Assembly: GCF_030684315.1 (NCBI RefSeq)
Contig: NC_081376.1
Location: forward strand, 34,315,608 to 34,379,607
From: Stegostoma tigrinum
Lineage: Eukaryota
DNA: 64,000 nt
Reading direction: 5' to 3'
Part shown: one piece after another, positions 25,206-38,739 of the stretch
How positions within the stretch are numbered: position 1 is the stretch's first letter
Layout of the letters: the number at the start of each line of letters is the position of its first letter
Position numbers and translations under genes: made by a program
The notes under the pieces: generated by a model
The model's input: the letters and a program-made list of their open reading frames with translations, nothing else
Databases searched by the model: none
What the model was told of the DNA's origin: nothing

Positions 25206-26717
25206 TGACAAATGGAAACATCTTGTCTACATCTACCCGATGCAAGTCTCCTGTAAACTTAAGATTGCTACTGAGTCACCTCCTTCACCTTTGCCGATGT
25301 AAAGAACCCCAATCTATTTTGATAGATATAAACTCTGTTCTGGAGTAACCTTTTGTAAATTTTCTACACTTCATGATATTCAAAACTAAACAGCCCCATT
25401 TAACCTAGCTTAAGTCCCAGTTGGTCTGTCATCGATGCTCTAACGATGATTGGAGATCAATACTTGGTTCAGCTGCCAATGTAAGTTTCCATAAGAGAAT
25501 GAGAAAATGCATTTCGCATGAGACTTGGTGAAAATTCACAAGGTCAAATGAATTAGGACTGCAATAAAATTAATGTTAAAGGACACTCTGTCAAAAAAAA
25601 GCCTTCAAAAAGTGTGTACTTATGCAGGTTATTTAGGTGCCTGTGATAAGTTAACCTTTGATCCACCTTCCAGCACAGGGACCGTAACATGTACACCTTA
25701 CAAATGGAGACCATTAGCTTATGCAGTGATATAACTTGTAATTGGCAAGCCCCAAAAACTAATGTTTAAACTTTTTTATGCATTAGATTAGTTCAGTTTG
25801 GCGCAGCATCGAGGGCCGAAGGGCCTGTTCTGCGCTGTATTGTTCTATGTTCTATGACTGACTATGTAGTGGGTTGTGATGTTCATGTTTTCTCAAAGAA
25901 CCCAAGCAGTATGGGGGTGCTATTTAACCCCTTGAACTTCTGTACAATTCAATAAAGTCTTGGCTGATCAGAGACCTGACCTTTTGGTTAGCGAAGACTG
26001 TCCAGCTCAAGTTTAAAATTTACAATTGACCTCTTATAAATAATAACGGGCAGTAGACAGAGTTTCAGACTTTTACCACCTTTTGCATGGGGAAGTATTT
26101 CACGATCTTACTCCTGAAAATTTTGGCTCAGTCCCCTAATCCCAGACTCACTGACCAATGAAAATGATTACTCACAATCTACTCGTTGTTTTCTTTAGAA
26201 TCTTGAATGTTGTTGGGATCAGCCCTCAACCTTCTAAATTGGAAAATGCAACCTAGTTTGTGTAATGTCTCCTTGTAGCTTAACCCTTGAAGCCCAAGTT
26301 CTAGCCTGTCACTATTTGGGAAATACCTTTCCTTCTCCCTTTTAGGTCCAAAGTGGATGATCTCACCTTTGCCCATGACTTTCGACTGCATCATCTCATT
26401 AATAAATAAAGTGAGACCCCAGCACAAACCCTGCTAGGGCATCATTGATCTCGCCTTGCTCAATAGAATACCTGCCCATTATCCTTAATCTTACTCTCCC
26501 TCTGTTCTGATCCGAATGAGGTCAATAATTTGCCTTCAGCTACACTCACTATGCCCCCCTCCCCAATCCATTTGCCATAGTTATGTTCATTTACTTAATA
26601 TGCAGAAGTATTTCCAAACATACACAGGTAATGCAACAATTATACACTTTTTCTGCACTGGTGTACAGTGCACTGATACTATCCCTTTCTAACAAACTTA
26701 AAACCTGTGTAACTGAC

Positions 26718-27080
26718 CTTTGAGCACCAGCATTGTACCATTTCCCATTTGTTTGGACTTGATGGAAGGGGATTTCTGGAAGGCTACACCACAGTAATAC
26801 ATGCCGTTGTCTGCTTGGGTCAGTTGCTGAATTCTCAAGGCAGCATTGTCACCAGAACTTGTGTCGGACAGAGTAAACCTCCCATTAGACGACTTACTTG
26901 AACAGGCTCCCGAGCACAGATTTGTCGTTTGGTTGGTGTTGATCTTGAACCACAGCACTTTAGGTGTGCTGTGGCAATAGGCATGAGTGAAAGTGCAGTT
27001 GATGGTCACATTTTTGGTCAAGTGACCTTCAATGAAAGGTTCTTGATTGACAGTAACAGTACAGTCTTTTGAAGCAAAGC
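26718..27080 (-). CDS. IGSF6: IGSF6 exon 2 (V-type Ig domain)
   Basis: CTVTVNQ...VTINCTF...C...LWF...NLCSGAC...DNGMYYCGVAF...KQMGNGTMLVLK; six-Cys pattern and GxGT as in human IGSF6; phase 1-1. Confidence 0.93.
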
Positions 27081-28939
27081 CTGTTGAAAATGCAAACTGT
27101 TATTTCATTGTACTTTTTTCCTTGCTGTTTTGAATACTAAACATGGATTGAAAAAACATGGTTTAGCTCATTCAGGTTTTGGTTTGTAAGAGGCAAGTAA
27201 CATTCACACCACACGAGCGCCAGGCACTGACTATCTCCAACAAAAGAGTCAGATCAGCAGCATTACCATTGTTGAACCAGGTGGCAACCTGCTTATCCGC
27301 AGCATGTGGAATCCATAAGATCCCAGGAAATGCAGACGGCCTGGGAGTCCACTAACCATGTAGGCAGGTGTGAGGACATGCACTATGCCTCTTATTGCAT
27401 AAGCATTACCACCTCTGAGCAGCAGCCAAAACAGGAAATGCCTCCGAGAAATCGGAACAGGATGGTGAGGATTCCCAGGAGACCTTTCATATTTCAGCGT
27501 GGGGCTCCAAAAGGAGGTTTCGCAACCCGAGGCCAAAGTGAAGTTTCATCTGAACAGGAGTTACTTTGGACCAGAATCCACCACATGTATCAACCACATT
27601 GAATCCATCCTCTGAGCACCAGTGGATGGTATTGACTACAAGCTGGATATCCATAGGTGCAAAGCTTGTGGACTCATCTCTCACTCTCTTCCACCAGCCA
27701 GCACATTGCCAACTCATGTCACCACCATGGCAAATGTCTTTGTATTCTTTTAAATAAATAAATGTTTTGAACAGTCCTTAGTGGTGCACTACGAAAAATT
27801 CAATACATTAACAGAGGCTATAAAAATTAAAACAGACCTTTTTAAAAAATATTTAACCTTTGGGACGATGACGATGATACAGCCCAACTCCTACAGAAGC
27901 TATTGTTCAAAATCTTTTTATATTTTCAAACTTGGTTACATCAAATCAACTGAATGAACTAATCAATTTAACCAGCATTTAAAGTGGGATAGTTGGTGTC
28001 TGTCTGGATAGCTCGCTTAAAAAATAAACTTAGCTCATTAAAAAGTGACATTTCTTAAAGGGCACTGTAACAAAAATCAACTTGTAAAGGTCAAAATAAA
28101 TTTAGAAAAATTTGATTTTGAGAGTTGCAGAAGAAATTCATTTTTATATAATCTCAAGGTTAATCAATCTATGCCTACCACATACATCTTTAACCTTAAT
28201 TTGGTTAACATATAATTAACAAAGAAACTCCACATCATTCAGGGCAAAGTATCCCTTTGATTGGCACACCCTCCATCAGGCTTCCATCACCAGGTGCGGT
28301 GGCAGCATTGTATCTACATTGTTTCTTGTTGCTGCAGAAACTTACTGAGGCACCTTCAAAAGTTTCTTTCAATGCATGACCTCCTACGTTGAAGGACAAG
28401 AGTAGCACGCAGCAACCAGTCCAATCTGTTTAATTAAACGTTCCAAAGAGACTTCACACGCATCATAAAACAAAATTTGAGAAGGGGCCTTTTCCCCCAC
28501 TTCCTTTGTAGTCTCCTCATTCATCTAACCTCCATCTTGCGACATCTATCCTATCTTCCCCCAGCAGCCACTGCTTCCCCTGGCCTGGCCCAGGGCAAAA
28601 GCTCTGAAAGGTCCAACTCCTGTCAAAAGCCCTGGTCCAAGTGAAAAGTTGTTCTGGCTCTAATTACTTCCCCACACTCACCACGTACTTTCCAAAGAGT
28701 TTGTGCACTTCCAGTGGGAGAATACCAACCTGCGATTGGAGGAGTTGCTCCTCAGACGTTCTGTCCTTTCTGTGTAAGGGGGTGACTTGTCTCATTTGGT
28801 GGCCCCAGTAAATGAATTGTCTAAGGTGTATTGTGGACTTTTTGGAGTAAATTTACATATTTTGAGTGCTGACATCAACCAGTGGATGTTTTCCCCTAAA
28901 TTGTCATTGATTCACGTTTTTATTGGGGTCCTTGGTAGA

Positions 28940-31045
28940 AATATAGAAAATAGGAGTAGGCCATTCAGCCCTTTGAGGCTGTCCACTATTCTATATCATA
29001 ATGGCTGATCAGCCATCTCTTGTCTCTCTTTCACCCCGTACCATTTGATTCCTTTAACTCTGAGAACAATATCCAACTCCTTGAAAACATGCAGTGTTTT
29101 GGCCTCGTCATTTTTTGTTCCAGTGTTTCCCCAGGCTCACCACACTCTGGGTGAAGAAATTTGTTCTCATCACAATTTTAAATGGCCTACCCTGTATCCT
29201 TAAGCTGTGATCTCTGGTTCTGGACTATCCAGGCGTTGGGAACATCCTTCCCGTGTTCACTAGTCTAGTCTGTCTGAATTTTATAAGTTGCTGAGATCCC
29301 CACTCATTACAGTCATCTGACATAGAAATAGGCCCTTCAGCCCACCAACTCTATGTTGATTACCAAACTGCACTAATACCATTTACCTGTACTAGGTCCA
29401 TAATTTACTATGGCATAGTGACCAGAGCTGCACACAAGTTCCATCTGTGGCCTGACCCGTAAAGTTGTTAGCCCCAGCTAATGAAGGCAAGCATCCCATA
29501 TCCCCTTTTCACTACCATGTCTGCTGGCGCTGGCACCCTCTGGATATATGGACTTGTACATCAAGGTTCCTTTTATAATTCTGAACTCAAATGAATATAG
29601 TCCTAACTGATCTAGTCTCTCTTAAATGTCAGTCTTGCTATCTCAGGAATCAGCCTGGTAAACGTTCATTGCAATCCTTCCATAGCCAGAAGATCCTTTC
29701 TCAGATGAGGAGACCAAAACTGCCCTCGATGTTCCAGCTGTGGTTTCACTAAGACCCTGTGCAATTGCAGCAAGACATCCCTGCTCCTGCGTTTGAATCC
29801 TTCTGCTATGACGGTCAACAACCATTTGTCATCTTCTTCACCTGCTGCATGTGAAAGCATACTTTTGGACTGTTGTTCAAGGACACTCAGGGCATGTTGC
29901 ACCTCCCCCTTTTGCAATCTATCACCATTCAAATAATCTGCCTTCCTGTTTTTACCACCAAAATGGATATTTCACGTTTATCCACATTATACTTCATTTG
30001 CCATGCATTTGCCCACTCACTCAACCAGTCCAAATCACAATGAAGCATTGCTGCATCCTCCTCACAGCTCACCCTCCCAGCCACCTTTGTGGTGTCTGCA
30101 AGCTTAGAGATATTATGTTTGGCTCCATCATTTAAATTATTAAGAGAATTTGTGAATGGCAGGCATCCAAGTTCTGATCCCACTAGTCACTCCATGGCAC
30201 TCAGAAAAAGACCTGTTCGTTCCTACTGACCACCAACCAGTTCTTTATCCACATCTGTCAACTCCCCCCAACCAGGTCCCATGCACTTTAATTTTACATG
30301 TTAATCTCTTATGTGGGGCCTTACTGAAAGCCTTTTGACAGTCCAATTAAACCACATCTACTGGTTCCCCCTTAAGAACTCTACTCGTTTCCCTTTTGTA
30401 AATCCATGCTTACTCTGCCAAATCCTGTCACTGTTTTCCAAGTGTTCTGCTATTGGATATTTCATAATGGACTTTAGTATTTCCCTACCAAAGATGTCCT
30501 GCTAACCTGTCTATAATTCTCTGTTTTCACCCTATTTCCTGTTTTAAATAATTGGGTTACATTGGCAATTCTCCAATCTATAGGAACCATTTCAGAGTCT
30601 ATAAAACCTGGAGAGATGACCACCAAATCATCCACTACTTCTATGGCCACTTCCTTAAGTACTTTGGGATATAGATTGTTGGGCCCTTGGGCTTTATCAG
30701 CCTTAATCCCAGCAATTTCCCAACATTATTTCCCTACTAATACTGATTCCTGCCTTTTACTAGACCCTGCGTTCTCCAATGTTTTTGGGAAATTAATTGC
30801 CTCTCCTGTGAAGAGGGAACCAAAATATGTATTTATTCATCTGCCACATCTTTTTTCCCATTACACCCGTGCCCCTATTTTTGACTGTAAAAGACATACA
30901 TTTTTCTTCACTCCTCACATACCTATAGAAACTTTTACGATCAGTTTGAATTTACCCTGCAAGCTTACTGTTGGACTAATATTTTCCCCCTCTTAATAAA
31001 TTTCGGTTCTCCTTTAAAAAGTGAACTGCTCCCAATCATCAGGTT
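28940..31045 (-). mobile_element. Long degraded CR1-type LINE with nested fragments
   Basis: Minus-strand ISKLADTTKV, LHRVLVKPQLEHRGQFWSPHL. Confidence 0.85.
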
Positions 31046-31404
31046 TGTTGCTAGTATTGAGAACTGTCACATCACACCATTGAATGGTGGAGCAAATGCA
31101 ATGGGCTGAATAGCCTTCTGCTGACCCATCTGATAATATTTACAACATGTTTCAAGACTTTAGGCGTCAAATAGGAAGAGATTAGTCAAATTAAATGTGG
31201 GCCTGTTATGTCTAGCAGTCTAATTGCTCTTATTAAGTAGCCTAACATATGGCGTATTATCAAATATCTTCTGGAAATCCCAATATGTTACAGCTACTGC
31301 TTTTTTTTAAAATCCTGCTTGATACCTCCTCAAAGAATTGGAATAAATTTGCCAGGCATGATTTTCCCCTTCATGAAACCAGCTGACTCTCCCTGATAAT
31401 AGAA

Positions 31405-31662
31405 TAGAACTACTACAATGCAGAAAGAGGCTAGTCAGCCTGTACCAACCCTCTGAAGAGTATTCCACTCAGACCCTACCTAATCCCCACAGCTGATCCA
31501 CCTAACCTGCATACCCCTGAACACTGGGAAGTTTCCCCATGGCCAGGCCACCTAACCTGCGCATCTTTGGACTGTAGGAGCACCCAGCAGAGACCCACAT
31601 TTAGGGTGGAATCAAACCTGGGTCTTTGGTGCTGTGAGACAGTAGTGTAACCACTGAGCCAC
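31405..31662 (-). mobile_element. HE1-like SINE with internal deletion
   Basis: Reverse complement GTGGCTCAGTGGTTACACTACTG...CCAGGTTTGATTCC...CAGTCCAAAGATGCGCAGGTTAGG. Confidence 0.8.
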
Positions 31663-32494
31663 TAATCTCTTTTTTTCTAGTTGACCATGAGCAGCCAATG
31701 TAAGGACACAATTGACATTGGAACACAACTGTTAAATCATTGGATCTCGTGGATTCACCAATCACAATCTATGTTGAAAGATGCAGAAGAGATTAAATGA
31801 AGCAGAGTTCTTTCCCTTCAGTGACTCACTGTCAGCAGTGGACACATGCCCAGTGATGCTGTGGATTGAGCTCAGTTCTGTTGCCCACTCAAAACTGAGT
31901 AACTAGTGACACTTGCCATTTAAGGTCATGATGAACAATATCTTGGGGAATGCTATTCAACGTGCACTGATGCAACAAAGAGAAGGGAAAGGGGGACTTT
32001 TACCAAGCATTTTGCTCCAAGTGGCATTGTTTTGTCAGCAGAAGTTATGCAATCATGCTAAAGCAGAGTTAAGTTCCCAATATTGAACTATTTTTACATC
32101 AACGTACTTCAATGTTGCACAATTGAGGAAGTAAGGACATGTATCTGCAGAATTATTATTTTTTAATAGCAGTTATATCCAATACATTTTTATCAAATGT
32201 CACTTAACTAGTTGAATTGTTCCTTCAGAGAGCCAGCACAGAAATAACTGGCTGACCAGCCTCCTCCTGCACTGTAACAATTCTGAGAATAACTTAATCA
32301 AATGGCTTTTCCTGGAGAGAAAACATCGATCCCAAAATTTTGTATTTCAAATTTTAGCTAGTGCCGTTATAACAATTTTTGTCTTTTGCTGATTAAACAA
32401 TGTGTGAAATATTTATGTCCTCACTGAACACCACTTCAGTAATGGCCAACTTCTAGTGAAATTAATTGTAGGTAATTTGAGAAATTATTCTGTT

Positions 32495-32653
32495 CACTAC
32501 TGTCTCACAGCACCAAAGACCCAGGTTTGATTCCACCCTCTGCGTGGGTCTCTGCTGGGTGCTCCTACAGTCCAAAGATGCGCAGGTTAGGTGTCCTGGC
32601 CATGGGGAAACTTCCCAGTGTTCAGGGGTATGCAGGTTAGGTGGATCAGCTGT
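32495..32653 (+). repeat. Near-identical inverted copy of SINE segment 31489-31647
   Basis: About 154/159 identical by manual alignment, same internal deletion. Confidence 0.85.
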
Positions 32654-32974
32654 TCATTAAGTTTTTAATGTCTCTGCAGAAACAGCAGAACTGTCTTAGT
32701 CACAACGACAAAATCCCTCTGAAGCTGGTTCCGTTCAGTATCAGGTAAAAATCACGATTAAGACTCGAGTTGTGGTTGGTTCCTGATGACAGCAACAACC
32801 TTACACAAAAAAACTAGAACTTAAAACAAGTTCCAGTACTCGCTGAAAAAAATGTGGATTAGGTCTTTGAGAAAAATAAGGGAAAGGATGTTTAAACAAA
32901 CCTGTACAAAATTTCTCAGTAATATTCCAAAGCTGTTCACCTAAGATGTACTGCAATGTGTTGATACTGTTCTC

Positions 32975-33440
32975 ATAGAATCATAGAGTCATACAGCACA
33001 GAAACAGACCTTTCAGTACAAACAGTCCACATCAACCATGCTCCCAGTCTAAGCTAGTCCTCTGCCTGCACTTGGCCCATATTCCTCCAAGCCTTTCCTA
33101 TTCATCAACTTATCCAAATGTCTTTTAAATGCTGTAACTGTACCTGCCTGCATGCACCACTTCCTCTGGTAGCTCATTCCACACATGAACCACACTCTGT
33201 GCAGCGGAGAACAAAGTTGCCCCCATATCTTTTTTTAAACCTTTGTTCCCTCACCTTTGAAATATGCCCCTTAATTTTGAACTCTCCTGCCCCCCCCCCA
33301 CCCTAGGAAAAAGACTCCTAGTCAATCATTTTATCTACGCCACTCATGACTTTATAAACCTCTGTAAGGCCACCCCTCAACCTCCTATGCTTCAGGGAAA
33401 AAAGTCCCTGTCTTTCCAATCTATTTTTATCTCTCAAACT
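32975..33440 (-). mobile_element. CR1 LINE 3' fragment
   Basis: CATAGAATCATAGAGTCATACAGCACAGAAACAG tail and CR1 3' body. Confidence 0.8.
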
Positions 33441-34230
33441 CTCGTGTGAATCAGTTTTGTTTACAGGTGGATTTCATTGGTACCAATTGCCCTTTAATTT
33501 GATTTATTGATGTTAGTAACTTGTAAATATTAATTAAAGCTCGAGTAGCCCTGCCTGGTCATCTTTTGAGGAGAGGCTGAAGATCGAACAGGAGCCTCAA
33601 TTTAGTATCTCATTTGAAAGACTGTACCTCCTGCGGTGCTTCAAGGCCAGGCACAGTACGTGTTAGATACAGAGTAAAGCTCCAATGCCCCATCACAACA
33701 CTCCCCAGACAGCTTTTAGAGGTTACAATGCAAAAAGACTATTGCCCCCTTCTCAACCAGTCCTTGCTAGAGTTTACCCTTCACGCCAACAAATAACTGT
33801 AATCATGTTTACCAACCACGTTGCCCTCTATTCTGTTGGTCATCTTTACCATCATTCAATTTGAGTGAAATGTGAATATTTCTGAATCACACAGCCCAGG
33901 ACTGTGGCTGGTTTGGACCCCACTTCTACCCCCATCCCCCAATCAGTGCGAGGATAGTTGATTCCAACTGAGGAGGTAATAAAAATGCTTTGAGTATCAT
34001 CTCTGGGACAAAATCCAGTAATGTCAGTCCGGGTTCTTTCTCTTCAGCTCAAACTGGGTTGAGTCTTTCCGCAGTTAATTAGCTATATTCATATTCACTG
34101 CCCCGAACATGAAAGAAGTGAGATACCTAAGAAACGTTGCAATTCACTTAATGCCCATTGTGTCAGCTGTTGAGCTCTTTGTTGGACTGGCTAGGTGAGA
34201 AAGGTAGAGTAAAATAAGTTAGTTTCTCAC

Positions 34231-34300
34231 CTCCTGTGTACCAGTTGGAAGCTTGAAGGTAGAGGAAGAAAACCTCTGTAAGTCTCCTCATAAGTTCCAT
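34231..34300 (-). CDS. IGSF6: IGSF6 exon 1 (leader)
   Basis: GCAATGG Kozak; MELMRRLTEVFFLYLQASNWYTG; donor GAG|GTGAGA, phase 1 matching the IgV exon. Confidence 0.72.
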
Positions 34301-34396
34301 TGCTCAAACACTTTCAGCTGAAGCAGAACTGTGTGTGCCTGTTCCAAGTTGAGAAACTGTTTCCTTTCTGAGGCTATTGCTGCAACATCACTGGGA

Positions 34397-34404
34397 GAGG
34401 AAGT
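34397..34404. promoter_or_regulatory. PU.1/ETS-type site in the putative IGSF6 promoter
   Basis: GAGGAAGT ~100 bp upstream of the IGSF6 ATG. Confidence 0.4.
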
Positions 34405-34830
34405 TGTATGGGAGCATGTGTAGGAATGATTTTGTGTGTCTGTGTCCTTTAGCAGACACCACACAATAATGATTGACACAGCATTGCACGAGAGGTGCAT
34501 GTGAAAGCATTGAGGTGTTAAGATTTGACTCATTTTTAACTTATGCCACACAATGTATATGGGCTGTATGTGTGGATTGTGCAAATTTATGTATGCATTA
34601 GGCTTTCACTATAGTTTGTGTGTAGATAATCAGTGCAATGTATCTATTTAGATTCCCTACCTGTAGATTGTAGGATAATAGATGTTTGTGCAGATAAGAT
34701 GTGGATTGTGTTCTGTACATCAACAGAATTGAGTGGAATGAATGTGTTTGATTATTGTCACTAAGTTATACTTGCAGATTTGTCATCCCATGATATAACT
34801 TGTGCTATAACCAAGTCTAGTAGTTTACTG

Positions 34831-35034
34831 AGATAATAAAATGTGAGGCTGGATGAACACAGCAGGCCAAGCAGCATCTCAGGAGCACAAAAGCTGACGT
34901 TTCGGGCCTTCATCAGAGGTCTAGGCCCGAAACGTCAGCTTTTGTGCTCCTGAGATGCTGCTTGGCCTGCTGTGTTCATCCAGCCTCACATTTTATTATC
35001 TTGGAATTCTCCAGCATCTGCAGTTCCCATTATC
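34831..35034 (+). mobile_element. Fold-back Penelope-like insertion with perfect 79-bp inverted arms
   Basis: Arms 34831-34909 / 34923-35001; 15-bp TSD TCTAGTAGTTTACTG at 34816-34830 and 35035-35049. Confidence 0.9.
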
Positions 35035-35957
35035 TCTAGTAGTTTACTGCTTGATTTCAACATTCTGTCCTGTGGAGGTAAACCAATTTTACGTGATTTT
35101 TTTTTCAAGTTGTGGATGTGCAGCCCTTTAGAAAGGACGCCTGATTCTTGTCCCGACAGTAGGGTCTCTTCCTGGGATGGGGACAAAAAAACTGCAGTTG
35201 CTGGATCCATGGAAGCCAAACAGGACTCTGGAAGAACAGGCAGCATCTGGAGGAAAGGAACAGTCAGCATTTCGGGCATAACCCTTCTCCAGGACTGCTC
35301 TTTTCCTCCAGAAGCTGCCTGGCTCGCTGTGTTCTTTCAGCCTCCTGTTTGGCTATACTGTTCCTGGGACACCAGTTCCAGCTCCTCTTCCCCAAACCAG
35401 CAATCTGGTTATTCCTTTTATATATGTAAACAGAGGGTCCGAGGGGGCAGTACTACTGTGGAGAATTACATCTGAACCCAATTATTACAAGATCAAGGTC
35501 AGGAAGACCATTCAGTCATCTAGAGTGACCCTACATTTGCATGAAAGAAGCATCTGGCTGTCTTTTAAATGCTTCCCAGGTTTTTAACCTCTATTCAGAA
35601 TCCATTCCAAGTACAAGTCACTCCTTGTGGCTATCTCAGACTGTATGTACCATGGTACTGGTTTGATTCTGTGACCCACACTCAATTTTATTTAAAGCAG
35701 TAACTTTCTCCAACACTCTTAACCAGCGTGTCATTCTTGGGATTCCTCTTTTACAGGCTGAGTTCCTCCGGTCTCTCTAGACTTTCTTCATCTCTAAAAC
35801 CCTGACGCACGAGATCAGACTCCTCTTTCTGATATTGTGTCTCCTGATGTTGAATAACCCAGTGACCTCCTATTGTCAGTGATTCTCTTTGAGGAGTAGG
35901 GAGTTTGGTGAGGATTACTAGCATCTATAGAATTGGTTAAAGTGAGCTGGGAGGTAA

Positions 35958-36224
<267 letters not shown>

Positions 36225-37327
36225 AACTGCATTGTCCAGATATTTCATAACGAAGAAAGCAACACAACAATTTCAAACAGCTAGAATGGTTTCATCTTTC
36301 TAATCAGTCAAATAATGGGTTAAAGCACAGCTTGTTTAACTTTAAGTGAATTTAAATATTTTGTGAACTATTTGATAGACACTCTATGGTCATATATATA
36401 TTACTTTTCTTGTTGAACCCTCCTTTCTATCTTGCTGCTGTGACTTTGAACACAGCATCCCGTGCCTCTCCCTGCTCAATGATTCATGCTTCGGTGAACA
36501 GCTAGGTAGGGTTCCCAGCTCTCCAGGGTTGGCCTGGACTCTGCGGAAATTGACAATTAATCTTATGAATGCTGCTACAAACAGAATTCAGGAGGAGAAC
36601 AATCATTGAAATCTTTTTTAAGAAAAAAAATCATTGCATTTATTTCCCCCAGTTTATTTGATTACCTTGATTATTAATATTGGGAAAGTTGGAAATCATG
36701 TGAAGAAACCAGGAATACATCCAATGTCGAGTTGGCAACCTTAGGGGTTGGTGAGAATTTCGTTCCACTCTAAGTGGTAGTCCTCCACTCATGGCATCTA
36801 GCCAACAAAGTCAGAACTGGCAACATTTAAGCAGAAATGGGGAGACTGGTTTGAAACCATTGTTCAAAAAGGTGTCCACTCCTGCACCTCAGCACAGCCA
36901 CAATAACTGAGCCAACGCTAGCAATGAGTTTAATTGAAACACAATGACATAAAGGATTCATTGAAATTTCCCGGATATTGTGTTATTCCAGTGGAGCTGC
37001 TTTATTTTAGAATTTAGAAATCTGGTTCATTTGTACATCGCCATCTGTGGGCTGTCACAAGAGGCGAAGAGTCATAATCGTCTTGGTTTAAGTGGGATTG
37101 TTTAAACCATCTTAAATATTCTACGGTGTTTTACAGTTTAACAAGCAATCCTCTAAGTTCATGACAAGAACTGGTAAATGCTTAACATGTGACAGTCCAA
37201 AGTTTAATTTTTTAATCTTGTAGATTATTTACTTTTAAAACAGGTTGCCTTTGGATGTAAGAGATGATCAAGTGTCGGTTTCCTTGATCTAGTACTTTAT
37301 ATTTTATTCCATGTTGCCTATTGAAAG

Positions 37328-37333
37328 AATAAA
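37328..37333 (+). terminator. Candidate METTL9 polyadenylation signal
   Basis: AATAAA ~1.1 kb after the stop, before repeats resume. Confidence 0.4.
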
Positions 37334-38739
37334 AGAAGAATACATTTTCCTTACCTTTTTGAAGTTCTACTGTTTCATCATAAAGGTCATTATTGACTAG
37401 GGTTGGATCATGTGGCACCAGGCAACAAATACGTGACTTCAAGATAGAAAGCAGAGAGCAGCATTATGCACATTATTGAAAAGGGCATATATTCAGACTG
37501 GCACAAGGATTGGGTCTTCACAATTTGTAATTCTATTGATTTAGATTTTAGACTAGAAAAGAAAATGTCTAAATTTGTGAACAAATACTAATATGGAGGT
37601 TCTGAAGAAGGGTCACTGAACCTGAAATGTTAACTCTGATTTTTCTCCAGAGATGCTGCTCGACCTGCTGAGCCTTTTGAACAATTTCTGTTGTAGTGAC
37701 TAAAATGGGAGGGATAGTCATATATATTCTTGCATGAGATGTGGCTCACGCTGGCAATGTCAGCATTGATTATCCATCCTTAACTTCCCTTCAGCTGATT
37801 GACTCTTAACTGTCCCCTCCCCCTATTATTTCAATTATATTTGTTGATCTGGAATGTATTGCCTGTAAGAACAGTAGTAAACCAGGTGGATTTTTACAAC
37901 AAAATGGGTGCATGGTTCCTGTTAAACTAGTGTTTTAATTTGTGATTTTATTGAATTCAAATTTCACCCTATGCCACGGTGGGATTAAAGCCAGTCTCGC
38001 CAGAACATTAGCTTGGGCTCTGAATTCCCAATCCACTGACATTACCAAATTGCTACTGTGGCCCCCAAATACTGAGGACTACAGCAAAGTACAAAAGGAC
38101 GTTAATAATCACGCAGGGCAGGCCCATCGTGATGAATTTCAGCATTAAAAAGTATTAAGCGTGCAAAAGCAACTTTTTGCGAATGCTGGAAATCTGAAAT
38201 AAGAACAAAAATGTCTGGAAACACCGAACAGATCAGGCAGCATTTCTGGAGAGAAACAGTTCTGGTTTCAGGCCAATAACCTTGCATCAGAACTCCGAAG
38301 AAAAGTCATCAACCTGAAATGGTAGACGTTATTATGTTTTGGTAGGAAAAATAAAAAGGTTGAGTTACAATCCCATTGGAGATAAATCAATTTTAAAAGA
38401 AAGGAATCTCTATGAAGTCAATGAAAGCTGTTGGACGAGATCTCACCTTTTAAAACTTACAAGCCAATTAAAATTAACGTGAATATTAATTAAAAGGTGA
38501 AAGATATTTCAAATAAAAAGATAAACCTCACCTTAAGTAATTGATACAATAAAGATACACCTCACGTTTAGCATTCCTGTTATTATCCACATAAATCTAA
38601 TACCACAGGTAATGACAATACAGTGTGGAGCTGGAGGAACACAGCAGGCCAGGCAACATCAAGTAATGTCGGGCTTTCCAGCTGGCCTTTGTTTCGTAGC
38701 ACCTCTTGCTTAACTCTATGGCTGTCAAAATGGTTTTTT

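Larger units (their letters stand above)
17772..34300 (-). other. IGSF6: IGSF6 gene span; 6 coding exons, 246 aa, nested antisense in METTL9 intron 4
   Basis: Exons 34300-34231, 27080-26718, 23852-23761, 22672-22616, 20057-19956, 17828-17772 total 741 nt in frame: leader, IgV, TM, cytoplasmic tail. Confidence 0.9.

Noticed and set aside
27250-27757. Cluster of 60-98 aa ORFs in IGSF6 intron 1
   Set aside because: No recognisable domain or compatible splice sites; looks like degraded retroelement fragments.
34288-34584. 98-aa minus ORF upstream of IGSF6 as an N-terminal extension
   Set aside because: Different frame from the leader exon; terminates at 34288.
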